Assembly (NCBI GenBank): GCA_964464495.1
Contig: CAYXGI010000009.1
Coordinates: 42,498-106,497 of the forward strand
Direction of reading: 5' to 3'
DNA from: an uncultured Phycisphaerales bacterium
GTDB taxonomy: Bacteria; Planctomycetota; B15-G4; CAYZWU01
DNA: 64,000 nucleotides
Each line of letters opens with the position of its first letter. Positions within the stretch are counted from its first letter, which is position 1. Made by a program: the position numbers and the translations under genes. Under the pieces are notes generated by a model. The model ran no database searches. It saw nothing but the letters and a program-made list of their open reading frames with translations, and had not been told where the DNA came from. Below, in pieces: positions 36,730 to 46,467 of this stretch.

Positions 36730-39066
36730 CTATTTGCTTTCAATCCTGAAAACTCCGCCCCAGTCTTGAGCAGGCGGAGATTTGGCGAACTGCGAGCAGC
36801 GGTCGAGAAAGACAAGTGAAGGCCGGTCTCCGGTTTTCTTGCTGATTTTATCAAAGAGATCGGCCGCTTCCCTGAAGCGGCTTTCTCCGTAGAGCGACCG
36901 CGCTCTTTCAAAATCTATCAGGAGCTCTTTGTCAAGAGGATTTGTTTCCTCTGCTCTGGAGAGCACCTGGTAAATCCCGATGGGGGGGGCTTCTTCGACC
37001 AGGCCCGGAACCCTGATCTTGTCGACGAAACGTGACTGGATCGCATCGCCCGCCATGGTGTATGTGCTGTCACCGATCAGGATCAGCGTGCCGTAAACCT
37101 TGTTGACTCCCTCGAGGCGTGAGGCGAAGTTCACCGACGATCCGATCGCGGTGTAACTGAACCTGTCGAGCGAGCCCACGCACCCCACCGTGGCTTCTCC
37201 CGAATAGAGACCGATTCGTGTGACGAGGGCCGGATCGCCCGCCTCGACAGCGTTGGAGTTGAATACGTCGAGGCGGCGTTGGCATTCGAGAGCTGCCTGG
37301 CAAGCGGCTCGTGCATGGTTCTCGATCGGCAAGGGAGCACCGAAAATGGCGACCACCGCATCGCCGATGTACTTGTCGAGAGTCCCTCCGCAATCGGTGA
37401 TCGCGTGGGTCATCTCGGTGAGGTAGGCGTTGAGGTGGTCGGTGAGCCGTTCGGGATTCTCACGCATCTCGGGTGTGTTCGAGATGCTCGTGAAGCCCTG
37501 GATGTCCGAGAAAAAGACGGTGATGTCCCTCTTTTCGCCTCTCGTGAAGAGGGCATCGGGATTACTGATGAGATGCTGCACCACGGCGGGCGGCGCAAAG
37601 TGCTTGAACATGCGGGAGATCTCCCGACTCCGCCGCCCTTCGGTGAAGTAGTTGTAGGTTGTCCCGCTCGAATAGGCCAGCGCGATGCCGAAGAGAGGGG
37701 CGATCGTGTCGAGCCAGAATCCCGCTCCCAGAAAAAGCCACGCCGCGGCCGCCATATAGACGAGCGCGATGCCCAGAATCGAGACGAGCTTGAGCATGTT
37801 GAGCCTGACGAGAAAGGTGATCAGGGCGGCTGTCGCGGCGAGACACGCCGCCAGGATCGCGCGTGCCAACAGACCGAGGCGGGCGATCGCCTCACCTCTG
37901 AGAACACTCTCTGTTAGGGCCGCGTGCACCTTGACGCCGGGATAATTCTCGGAAATGGGTGTCGCCTTGAGGTCGTAGAGTCCGGGCGCGTTTGCGCCGA
38001 GAAAGACGATCTTGTCCTTGAAGAGCCCAGGTTCGAGATAGGAACTCTCATCGATCTCGTCGGCCGGCATCCCCTGATCTTTGAGCATGGAACAGAACAC
38101 GCGTCCAGCCGGGTAAATCTTGAAATACCCCGCTTCGAGGCTGGTGATATCTCTCTCGTCATTGTCTCGCCACTTGACGAGAACATCTCCGCTCGGCGTC
38201 AGAGGCAGCACGAGCCTCTCTTCTTCGGATTTCCGGTCGAGAAGGAGACTGCTCCCTTCGACTGCGAGCTCCCAGCTTTCAGCCCCGTCCGTCGATTCGA
38301 TCGAGGCCAGGGCCGCCGCAAGGCCGAGGGACGGATAGTGATGCCCGCCAAAGGAGACGAAGGGCCGGACCCGTCTGATCACCGAGTCCGAATCGGGTTG
38401 CGCGCAGACCGCGCCGAGACGAAGAAACTCTTCGGCCCCGTTGAATTCCTGGAGAATACCGGTGTAGGGCAGGAACACCTCCTGGTAGGGGCCGTCCTCG
38501 GTGCGGCCGAAGGGAAGGTCCGATTCTTCAGCGCCGCTGACCGTGATCGCACTCGTCGCGAGGCATGCCTTCTGGAGGGGTGTGAACTCGGGCAGGTCGG
38601 GGCTCGGATTCTCGTAGGCGGCGAAATTGATCGTGTGAATGACGAAGGGATTTCCCTCTTCGTTCTGGAAACAGGTCCCGGCTCCGAGCGCGCTGTCGCC
38701 ATCGAGCGCATCCTGGGAATAAGGATTCGAGAACTCGAAGTCGAAGGCGAGGGCCCGCGCACCCTCGTTGGCCATGTACTGAATGATCATGTCGTAGACG
38801 AGCCGGTTCCAGGGCCAGTTGAAGATGTAGGCTCTCTCGTCCTTGTCCTTGTACTTGAGATAGTAGTCCCGTCCCCAGTCGAGAGTCGACTTGTCGATCA
38901 TGATGATGCTGACGATGTCGCTCTGCGTCTCGTCTTCCGTTCCCGCCCGGGCGAGAAGGTCGTATACGTCGTGCTCCCAGCGTTCGAAAAAGTTGACCTC
39001 GACGAGCAGAATCAACAGGAGAGCCAACAGACCCGTGAAAAGCAGAATCGCCGTGCGTCGTTTCAT
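36730..39066 (-). CDS. CHASE2 sensor domain-containing class III adenylate/guanylate cyclase
   Basis: 778 aa. N-terminal TM plus large periplasmic CHASE2-like region, then TM helices. Cyclase homology domain (FSDIQGFTSISN...DKYIGDAVVAIFGAPL...RIGLYSGEATVG). Confidence 0.85.
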   Translation of the reverse strand: MKRRTAILLFTGLLALLLILLVEVNFFERWEHDVYDLLARAGTEDETQSDIVSIIMIDKSTLDWGRDYYLKYKDKDERAYIFNWPWNRLVYDMIIQYMANEGARALAFDFEFSNPYSQDALDGDSALGAGTCFQNEEGNPFVIHTINFAAYENPSPDLPEFTPLQKACLATSAITVSGAEESDLPFGRTEDGPYQEVFLPYTGILQEFNGAEEFLRLGAVCAQPDSDSVIRRVRPFVSFGGHHYPSLGLAAALASIESTDGAESWELAVEGSSLLLDRKSEEERLVLPLTPSGDVLVKWRDNDERDITSLEAGYFKIYPAGRVFCSMLKDQGMPADEIDESSYLEPGLFKDKIVFLGANAPGLYDLKATPISENYPGVKVHAALTESVLRGEAIARLGLLARAILAACLAATAALITFLVRLNMLKLVSILGIALVYMAAAAWLFLGAGFWLDTIAPLFGIALAYSSGTTYNYFTEGRRSREISRMFKHFAPPAVVQHLISNPDALFTRGEKRDITVFFSDIQGFTSISNTPEMRENPERLTDHLNAYLTEMTHAITDCGGTLDKYIGDAVVAIFGAPLPIENHARAACQAALECQRRLDVFNSNAVEAGDPALVTRIGLYSGEATVGCVGSLDRFSYTAIGSSVNFASRLEGVNKVYGTLILIGDSTYTMAGDAIQSRFVDKIRVPGLVEEAPPIGIYQVLSRAEETNPLDKELLIDFERARSLYGESRFREAADLFDKISKKTGDRPSLVFLDRCSQFAKSPPAQDWGGVFRIESK

Positions 39067-39089
39067 AGTGAATTCAAAGCCCCCCCTGG

Positions 39090-41105
39090 TCAGTGTGCGC
39101 AGATGTCAAGGACGAGCAGGGCATAGGAGGTGGCCAGAACCGGATTTCCCTCGAACCACCGCGGCGACCTCTCATTGATCCACGACCCGTCGATTCGCTG
39201 GATGCTCAGGATTTTCTGAGCCAGCTCCTTTTTCCACGGGTGGGGCGTTCCGCGCGAGTCGGTGATGATCTCGCGTCCAAAGGCGTCGAGAGCCCTCGCC
39301 ATGGTCAGGTAATAATAGAACAAGCCCTGCTGTCCGGCGTCGGGGTTTTTCGTCTGCTCGAACCCCGGATTCTCCTCGAGAGTATAATGGTTTTCGACCC
39401 ACGTTACTGCAGCTTTGACCCGTTTGTCCTTTCGATCGAGTCCAGTGAAGATCAACGATTTCAAAAGGGCGTAGGTCATCGAGCCGTAGGATCGTGCCAC
39501 GAAAACACCCTTGTCCACCTCGCTGACGCCTGCCTTGGAGTCACCTGGATAGTAGATTCCGCCTCCGTCCGTACCAGCCACGACTTTTCGCCCATCACTC
39601 AGGATGACCTCGGTGGGATTGGTCTCGGCCTGGTTCTGGCACTTCCTGATGAAATTCAGGGCTTTCTGAAAAGCCTCGTGATCTTTGTCGAGACCGGCAG
39701 CCCGTAGCGCGTCGAGCGCCATCTGCGTGTTGGAGAGGTCGGGCCGCTCATCGCCGCCATAACCCAGCCCGCCGTAAAAGGGATCTTCTTCCATCGAATA
39801 CCCTTCGTCCTCGTCGGCCTGGACAGCGACGAGAAAGGCGCGTGCCTTCTCGATCGTTTCGGAGTAAGCCGGATCGCGCGAGTCGACGAAAGCCATGAGC
39901 GCCACTGATGTGACGTACGTCTTCAGACCGGTGAGAAAGATGCTCCCGTCGTCTTTGCGAAGAGAATCGAGATAATGGAGCCCTTGATCGACGTAAGACG
40001 GTGAAGAGCGTTCGAGGAGGCGCGCACTCCTGATCGCTGCCGAAAGGGCCATTCCGGTGATCCCAGGGTCGTCGTATCCGTCGAAACCGAACTTGCCTGA
40101 TTTCTGGTTTCCGTCGAGAAAATCCAGTCCTTTTGCCACGGCATCATTCAGCCCAAGCGGTGTTGCCACGATGTCGGGCAGGGGGGGGGCTTCGTCAGGG
40201 GGCGCAGCCTGACGCTCCGCCTTCTGAGCACTCTCAGCACATAGGGACATGGCGGCCGCGATCAGGGCGGACTCCGCGAGGTGGTTCTTCATCGGTTGAT
40301 CGTCAAGATCGGCGATGCGGGAGATTGCGATCCCCGCCATGCGGTCTGCCCAGAGCAGCGGCGGGGTTCCACTGTTTTCGAGTTCGAGAAAGAGTTCGCA
40401 AGCGGCCAGGATGGCAATGGGAGAGAGTTCGGGAGCGTCCGCTTGGCGGATATTTCTCTCTAATTTTTCCCGCCATTCGGTCACGAAGCCGGCTGCTATT
40501 TCCCGACCGCTCATCAGGCGACAAACGCTCTTGTAGAGTTGCGCCCGCGGACCCTCACCGCACCGGGATTCGGCAGTGGCCAGAATGGAGGCTCTCTCGT
40601 GTGCGAAAGCGAGGCACAGCGCAAAGCAGGTTTCCGGGTCGATCGGGCTGTCGGTCTGCTCGATCTGCTTGACCAGGAATTCAGTCGCTCCAGATATGGA
40701 GTCAGCGTATCCAACTCCGTTGACCCTCGAGAGAGCAGCCACGACGAGCGCCGTCGAACGCACGATGTCGCCATGTTCGGCTGGTTTAAAGGAGCCGTCC
40801 GCGCGTTGTGTCGCAATCAGGCCCTCGGCCGCCTTCCGTACGAAGGGGCCGTCCCTGTCAGTGTATTTCCGAGGAGACGTGGCCATGGTGAAAAGCACCA
40901 TCGATGTCACATCCGGTTGCAGGGACTGACGTCCGTAGGTGCCGTCCTGATTCTGACAGGTGCGAAGATCGCGGATCGTGGCGTCGACCATGTCCTTGAG
41001 ATCTTGACCTTGAGCCGGAGAACTCAAGCTGAGTGCGATCAGCAAGCAACCCAGAATCGAAAGAGCCGAAAAGAGTCTGATCTTCCGCTGTTTTTGAACT
41101 CTCAT
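39090..41105 (-). CDS. secreted prenyltransferase/squalene-oxidase-repeat (alpha/alpha-toroid) protein
   Basis: Start at the internal Met (ATG 41105) gives signal peptide MRVQKQRKIRLFSALSILGCLLIALSLSSPAQG. Repeated QxxDGSF/GxW-type motifs are typical of terpenoid-cyclase/protein-prenyltransferase toroid repeats (QNQDGTYG, QRADGSFK, RKDDGSIF, QRIDGSW). Confidence 0.65.
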   Translation of the reverse strand: MRVQKQRKIRLFSALSILGCLLIALSLSSPAQGQDLKDMVDATIRDLRTCQNQDGTYGRQSLQPDVTSMVLFTMATSPRKYTDRDGPFVRKAAEGLIATQRADGSFKPAEHGDIVRSTALVVAALSRVNGVGYADSISGATEFLVKQIEQTDSPIDPETCFALCLAFAHERASILATAESRCGEGPRAQLYKSVCRLMSGREIAAGFVTEWREKLERNIRQADAPELSPIAILAACELFLELENSGTPPLLWADRMAGIAISRIADLDDQPMKNHLAESALIAAAMSLCAESAQKAERQAAPPDEAPPLPDIVATPLGLNDAVAKGLDFLDGNQKSGKFGFDGYDDPGITGMALSAAIRSARLLERSSPSYVDQGLHYLDSLRKDDGSIFLTGLKTYVTSVALMAFVDSRDPAYSETIEKARAFLVAVQADEDEGYSMEEDPFYGGLGYGGDERPDLSNTQMALDALRAAGLDKDHEAFQKALNFIRKCQNQAETNPTEVILSDGRKVVAGTDGGGIYYPGDSKAGVSEVDKGVFVARSYGSMTYALLKSLIFTGLDRKDKRVKAAVTWVENHYTLEENPGFEQTKNPDAGQQGLFYYYLTMARALDAFGREIITDSRGTPHPWKKELAQKILSIQRIDGSWINERSPRWFEGNPVLATSYALLVLDICAH

Positions 41106-41492
41106 TGTGATCTCAATCCTTTTTTTGACGTCACGGGACAAAGAGCTATTGTGGCACAACGAATAGAATTCACGAAGGTTCTTTGCATATTGGCCTGACC
41201 TCACGCTTTCCATCTCTTTGGGGGGGGCGCGGCGTGAAGATTGACTGCTCGGAATGCCTGGTAAAATAGCGACGATCTGTACGCGGCGCACGGTGTGTGG
41301 GTCAATTCTGCACTCTGTTCGGACCGTTGTGATTACAGTTACCCTCTGACTCATCGTTGAACAACCGGTACTCTGGGCGAAAAATCTCCAGAGTCGAGCG
41401 CGGAGTGGCAAATTTTACTTAACCTCTATAATTTGAGGATATTATGAAAATTATTCCACGGAACCGGCCAATGGCACAGTGAAGTCCGAATA

Positions 41493-41512
41493 CCATGAAC
41501 AAATGTTCATGG
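41493..41512. promoter_or_regulatory. 20-bp perfect palindrome CCATGAACAAATGTTCATGG (GAAC-N4-GTTC core; Cheo/LexA-box-like operator)
   Basis: Seen directly in the AT-rich intergenic region between divergent genes 39090..41105 (-) and 41860..43512 (+). A TGATACAAT extended -10-like element lies at ~41666. Confidence 0.4.
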
Positions 41513-41859
41513 TCTCTGAAATCCTTTCAGCGATCGCGGAAGTGGTGTGAGAATTCTGATCAATGAGTCCATTATTTTAATCATCATAATGTATTTAAAT
41601 TAAACTGGATAGAAGTCTTTGATAGATTTTCTCTTTCGGACGCACTAATCGTTTTTTATTTGATACAATGACACTGACGCCGTTGTAATCAGTGTTGAAA
41701 GCGATGTTGCTTGATTCTGCAAAATCTCGTCACCACTGATAATGTGTGGATTATTCTGGAGAATTTTGCCGGAAAAATTAGAATTTGAAACCATTCTTCG
41801 AGGGTTTTCTATGCCAGGGAGGCACGAGTCGATACTTGCCCTCTTGAAGCGAGGATAGT

Positions 41860-43512
41860 ATGCCAGCAAAAAAGACGAGCCCCATGCTCAAGAAGATCTG
41901 TTCTCTCCTCAAAAGTGAGAACACGGAATTCCAATGCGCAGCGTCGATGGTGCTGGGTGAATTGGGCTCGAAGGATTCGCTCATAATCAAATCACTGGGC
42001 GAAGTTTTGAACAACGGGGAAGACAAGGTCCTCAAAGGGTTGATTCTCGATGCCTTTGCCAAGATCAAATCCAAGGAATCGCTGAAATACCTTCTGCCTT
42101 TTCTTTTCAACAAATCCTTTCAGGAGAGTGAATTCGGGAACAAGGCGATCGCCATCGCGTCCTCTCTCAGCAACGACAGCGCCAGAGAACTCAAATCCCT
42201 CTTGAAGAAAGCCAACGCTGAGAAGAGGAAGGTAATCAACTCGATCTTCATCAAAATGAAAAGTGTGGAGGGCCTCAAAGTCGTTCTTGATTCGCTCTTT
42301 GACGACGACGAGACGGTGATCGCCGATATCTGCAGGCTGATGAAGCACGAAATGAAGCTTCTCAATGGCAAGGAGCGAAAATCCTTTAGTTCACGTGTTG
42401 AAAAATTCCTGATCACTCCAAAAACACGCAAAAATTTGAACGCTACTGCCGCGGCGATCAAGATTCTCGGCTACATCGGTGACTCTAACGCGTTGAACAC
42501 GCTGATGATGTTCACTGTCCTCCAGAATCACCCGACGATCCGGAGCTACGCGCTAACTTCTTTGAGAGAAATCCCTTTTCACGACAAGGTCAAGAACGAC
42601 GTCATCCGCAAGCTGGTTTCCTTCTTGAACGAAAAGGAATTCAACGCCATCGTCAGCCCAACCCTCGACATTCTTTCGCGAGCTCCGATTCATTCGAGCC
42701 TGAGCGACATCATCATCAATCTCCTCGGGAGCGACCACGATGCAGTGAGACGATTCGCGCTCAGGAAGATGAGAGAATTCAACACGGTAAAGGTCGTCAA
42801 GATCCTCATCGAAAAACTTTCAGATCAGGACCCGCGCATTCGGGACCTCGCTGCCGAATCTCTTTGCTGGCTCGATTCCGCTCGCAACGTTCTTCTCGAT
42901 AACCTCTTGAAAGAAAAAGATCTGGAAAGGTCGAGACTTCTCTCGAGGATTCTCCGGCCCCATTCGACCAAGTTCAGAAAAGACCAAGTCAACAAGATCG
43001 GCGATGTTCTCAAGGGGCATCTCAAAACGGAGAGCCCTCTCCAGGAGCCACTGATTCTCCTTCTGAAAACACGCTCCCCTGACTATCTCCACGATATCCT
43101 TCTGAGCCGTGCGGTCGAGTTTAAGAAGAGGAAAAAATTCGAGAGTGCCGTGAAGGTCCTCGATCTCTTAAAGAAGAACGAACACCTTACCGTCGAGGGG
43201 CAGTATCTCATGGGTGTCTGCCTCCTCAGGCTGTCCAAAAAAAGCATCATCAGGGTGCATCGCGATTCTGATGAATGCCTCAATATCTTTCAGAGATTGA
43301 TAAAGAACGACTCCTTCCCCCTCTCCCAGAAGCTGCGGAGCGACTCGTCTCTCGATCAGGCCGATCTCTTCTACGTGGGATACCACTTTTCCGAGAAAAT
43401 GCAGACCGAGCGTATATTGGGCGGAGAATTGCTCAGATATCTCGCGAAGAAGAAGTCCAAGGCCAAGGTCTGTGTCGCGTCCCGCGACAAGATCCTTGAG
43501 GAAGGTCTCTGA
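41860..43512 (+). CDS. HEAT/PBS-lyase-like repeat protein, lysine-rich, on a low-GC segment
   Basis: 550 aa all-alpha protein with repeated ~30-40 aa helix-turn-helix units (LGELGSKDSLIIKSLGEVL, LGYIGDSNALNTLMMF, LREIPFHDKV, RFALRKMREFNTVKVVKILIEKLSDQDPRIRDLAAESL). GC is ~47% (counted on the first ~150 nt) against ~65% in flanks. GGGAGG RBS upstream. Confidence 0.7.
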   Translation: MPAKKTSPMLKKICSLLKSENTEFQCAASMVLGELGSKDSLIIKSLGEVLNNGEDKVLKGLILDAFAKIKSKESLKYLLPFLFNKSFQESEFGNKAIAIASSLSNDSARELKSLLKKANAEKRKVINSIFIKMKSVEGLKVVLDSLFDDDETVIADICRLMKHEMKLLNGKERKSFSSRVEKFLITPKTRKNLNATAAAIKILGYIGDSNALNTLMMFTVLQNHPTIRSYALTSLREIPFHDKVKNDVIRKLVSFLNEKEFNAIVSPTLDILSRAPIHSSLSDIIINLLGSDHDAVRRFALRKMREFNTVKVVKILIEKLSDQDPRIRDLAAESLCWLDSARNVLLDNLLKEKDLERSRLLSRILRPHSTKFRKDQVNKIGDVLKGHLKTESPLQEPLILLLKTRSPDYLHDILLSRAVEFKKRKKFESAVKVLDLLKKNEHLTVEGQYLMGVCLLRLSKKSIIRVHRDSDECLNIFQRLIKNDSFPLSQKLRSDSSLDQADLFYVGYHFSEKMQTERILGGELLRYLAKKKSKAKVCVASRDKILEEGL

Positions 43513-43823
43513 GCGAACGAGCTCCCATACATTAGTTGATCCCACTCTTCTCATTCCCCGATCCAGGCCCTCCGTGGTCTGAGATCCCACTGTTTTCGCA
43601 CTTTCCGCCGGACCACGTCACGCTCGTCGGGAATCTCATGCCCGACAGCAGTCCATGCCCGAAGTCGATGATTTACGCGGACTAAAGACTTGCGCGCATT
43701 CTGGCGATGATTAGGTGGATAAGAAACCTGGGAGTATTCCGTTCCGACGGGGCGCTTTCCGTTCCGACGGGACGTACTCCCTTTGGACAGTGTCGAAATT
43801 ACCGATACGCTTGGAACCAAGCT

Positions 43824-45113
43824 ATGCGCCTACTAGAAGCGGACAGAAGTCTCGAACTGCTCGAAGAGAACCGAAAGAGACTCGACGAAGTCACCTTCGA
43901 ACTTCTGAACACCTATGAACACCTCGCCGCGATCTATGAACTGGCGGCACGTTTGTCAAATACACGGTCGATCAGCGACGCGGCCCGGCTGACACTCTCC
44001 TCTGCCGTGAACGTGTCCGAATCGACAGGCGGCGTAATCATCATTCCGCGCCACGGCGTGATGGAGACCATTGCGGGTCTCTATTCGACCAAAGAGATCG
44101 AAGACTATGCCCAACTGAAAGCCAAGCAGCACCTCAACGAGTGCCGGTACGAGGACAAGGTGCAGCAAAGGATCTCAGCGCACGACGGACGCTTTCTGTC
44201 GAGTACTCTCTACATACCCCTCGCCGTCGGTGGAAGACGGGACGGCATTCTGTTCCTCTTTTCCACGAAACAGAAATCCTACTCGAGCGTGGACGTGAAG
44301 ATCACGCGCGTCCTCGCCGGCCAGGCAGCACTCGCTGTCAAGAACCTCGTCATGCTCGATGAACTCGAGGAGAAGAACGCGCGCCTGTCCGAGGCTCTGA
44401 GAGACCTCGGGACCGTCCAGAACGAGCTCATCCGATCGGAGCGCTTCTCGGCCCTCGGTGAGATGTCGAGCATGATCGTTCACGACATCAAGAATCCGAT
44501 GAGCGGGCTTCAGGGTTACGCCCAACTGCTTTATGCCACTGCAGAGTCCGTCCTTCCCGACCAGGTGCGGGAGTACTCCGGCCTGATCATCCAGGAAATG
44601 AGGAGGCTCTCCGGCCTGACCGAGGAAATACTGGATTTTTCGCGGGGAGTGGACAGCAAACTCAACCTCAGAAAAATGGAACCGCGCGACGTGGTCAACA
44701 CAGCCTGGCCCCTGCTCAAATCGGACCTCGAAAGCCACGGCATGACGATGGTCAGGGGAAATCTCGAAACCCAAAAAAAGGTCAGAGTCGATTCCGACAA
44801 GATGGAGCGTGTTCTGATCAATCTTGCTGTGAACGCACGGCAAGCCATGGGATCGGGCGGCTGTCTGACTGTTTCGATTCACGAGACCGACAAGTGGGTG
44901 GAGATTTCCTTCAAGGATACAGGCACGGGAATCCCTGAGGACCGTGTCAATGAGATCTTCGATCCCTTTGTGACGCGAAAGCGGGGGCAGAGTCTCGGCA
45001 TCGGCCTGGCCATGTCCCGCTGGATCGTTCATTCTCACGAAGGGGATGTTCTACTCGCCGAAACCGGTACCGACGGCACCAGAATGGTGGTCAGGCTGCC
45101 GGCAGTGACATGA
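43824..45113 (+). CDS. cytoplasmic GAF-domain sensor histidine kinase
   Basis: Start at the internal Met (MRLLEADRSLELLE). GAF-like N-terminal region. HisKA H-box SALGEMSSMIVHDIKNPMSGL. HATPase_c motifs (NLAVNARQAM, DTGTGIP, GQSLGIGLAMS). No TM segment. Confidence 0.8.
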   Translation: MRLLEADRSLELLEENRKRLDEVTFELLNTYEHLAAIYELAARLSNTRSISDAARLTLSSAVNVSESTGGVIIIPRHGVMETIAGLYSTKEIEDYAQLKAKQHLNECRYEDKVQQRISAHDGRFLSSTLYIPLAVGGRRDGILFLFSTKQKSYSSVDVKITRVLAGQAALAVKNLVMLDELEEKNARLSEALRDLGTVQNELIRSERFSALGEMSSMIVHDIKNPMSGLQGYAQLLYATAESVLPDQVREYSGLIIQEMRRLSGLTEEILDFSRGVDSKLNLRKMEPRDVVNTAWPLLKSDLESHGMTMVRGNLETQKKVRVDSDKMERVLINLAVNARQAMGSGGCLTVSIHETDKWVEISFKDTGTGIPEDRVNEIFDPFVTRKRGQSLGIGLAMSRWIVHSHEGDVLLAETGTDGTRMVVRLPAVT

Positions 45114-45125
45114 TGGTTGGAGAGA

Positions 45126-45667
45126 CGATGGGCAGGAGCGGATTCACTCTCATAGAATTGCTGATCGTGGTGATCATACTGGCCATTCTGGCCGGGATCG
45201 TCATTCCTCAGTTTAGAGCCAATATCGACGACGTGAAGATGGCGAGTGTCGAAACCAATGTGGAAGTGGTCCGCAAGGCGATCGAGATCTACCACACGGA
45301 CCATGGCGGGACCTTTCCGGGCCATCCTGACGGCGACACTTCGCTCAGCCCGACCGAAGGGGTTCTCATCAACCAGCTTCTTCTCAAAACCGACAAGCGC
45401 GGCGTCATCGATCCGGGCGGAACTTGTGGACCATACCTCAGAGCGCAAGCCGGATTTTTCCCCATCAATCCCTTCAACAAGAAAGCCGCAGTCGCGGTCT
45501 ACATGAGAAGCGGCGAGGTGCCGACCGTTGACAGTGAGTTCGGGTGGTACTACATCGCGTCAACGGGCGACTTCAATGGCGTAACCCCTGAATCCGCTGA
45601 GACTCCGGAGACACCGCCCGCCGACATGCCTCCTGGCCGCGGCCGGCGTCCAGAGGGCAGCCTCTGA
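45126..45667 (+). CDS. GspG-like major pseudopilin / type IV pilin (prepilin N-terminal methylation domain)
   Basis: MGRSG|FTLIELLIVVIILAILAGIVIPQF class III signal. GGAGAG RBS 4-5 nt upstream. An alternative start lies at 45110 (ATGA overlap with the kinase stop). Pro/Glu-rich C-terminal tail. Confidence 0.8.
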
Positions 45668-45860
45668 TCGTGTGATCGCGCAGCGTCAGGTGCGCGGCCG
45701 AGTTTCAGAATCCTTGTGGTCCCCACATGCTCGGCGTGATCGATCTTTTTTTTACTCTCGATTAAATTTCCCCAATCCCGGTGCCGATAAGCAACTAATG
45801 ATGAACATACTTTAATACGCCGACGATGGAGACAGTCTGTTCGGGATAAGGAGAAAGGAA

Positions 45861-46337
45861 ATGAATATGCATCGTAAGGAAGGTTTTACACTGGTTGAAC
45901 TCTTGATCGTGGTCATCATTCTCGGGATTCTGGCCGCAGTCGTGATTCCGCAGTTCGGAAGCGCGTCTCTGGAAGCCAAGGAATCAGCGCTGATGACCAA
46001 TCTCGCCGCTGTGCGCGGAGCGATCGACCTCTACCGGATCCAGCACCTGGAGGTGTTTCCAGGGGATCTGAGCGGCGTCGTGAGCTGGGCTAACTTCGAG
46101 ACGCAGATGACAGCGCAAACCGACGTCGATGGCGCCGCGGGCACAGACTATGGTCCGTATCTCAGAACCGGTATTCCGCGCAATCCGATCAACGGGTTCA
46201 ACACGGGCACCGAAGGTGCGATCCCCGGGGCTCCTGATGGACTCACGGGATGGTACTACGACCAGTCGACAGGCGAGCTCCGGGCGAATGCGGCCGGAAC
46301 CGGCCCTTCGACCGGGATCGACTATTTCGACATGTAA
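45861..46337 (+). CDS. GspG-like major pseudopilin / type IV pilin
   Basis: MNMHRKEG|FTLVELLIVVIILGILAAVVIPQF. AAGGAGA RBS. 158 aa. Confidence 0.8.
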   Translation: MNMHRKEGFTLVELLIVVIILGILAAVVIPQFGSASLEAKESALMTNLAAVRGAIDLYRIQHLEVFPGDLSGVVSWANFETQMTAQTDVDGAAGTDYGPYLRTGIPRNPINGFNTGTEGAIPGAPDGLTGWYYDQSTGELRANAAGTGPSTGIDYFDM

Positions 46338-46467
46338 GACAGTCATGGGACGGATGAAGCGAGGGTGAGGTGGGACGGCTCCTCGAGGCGAGATGCTCTC
46401 GGGGAGCTGTTTCATGCCGCCAACAACACTGACCGGGAAGGGGGCGAACGTCGGGGAGACGTGAGCG

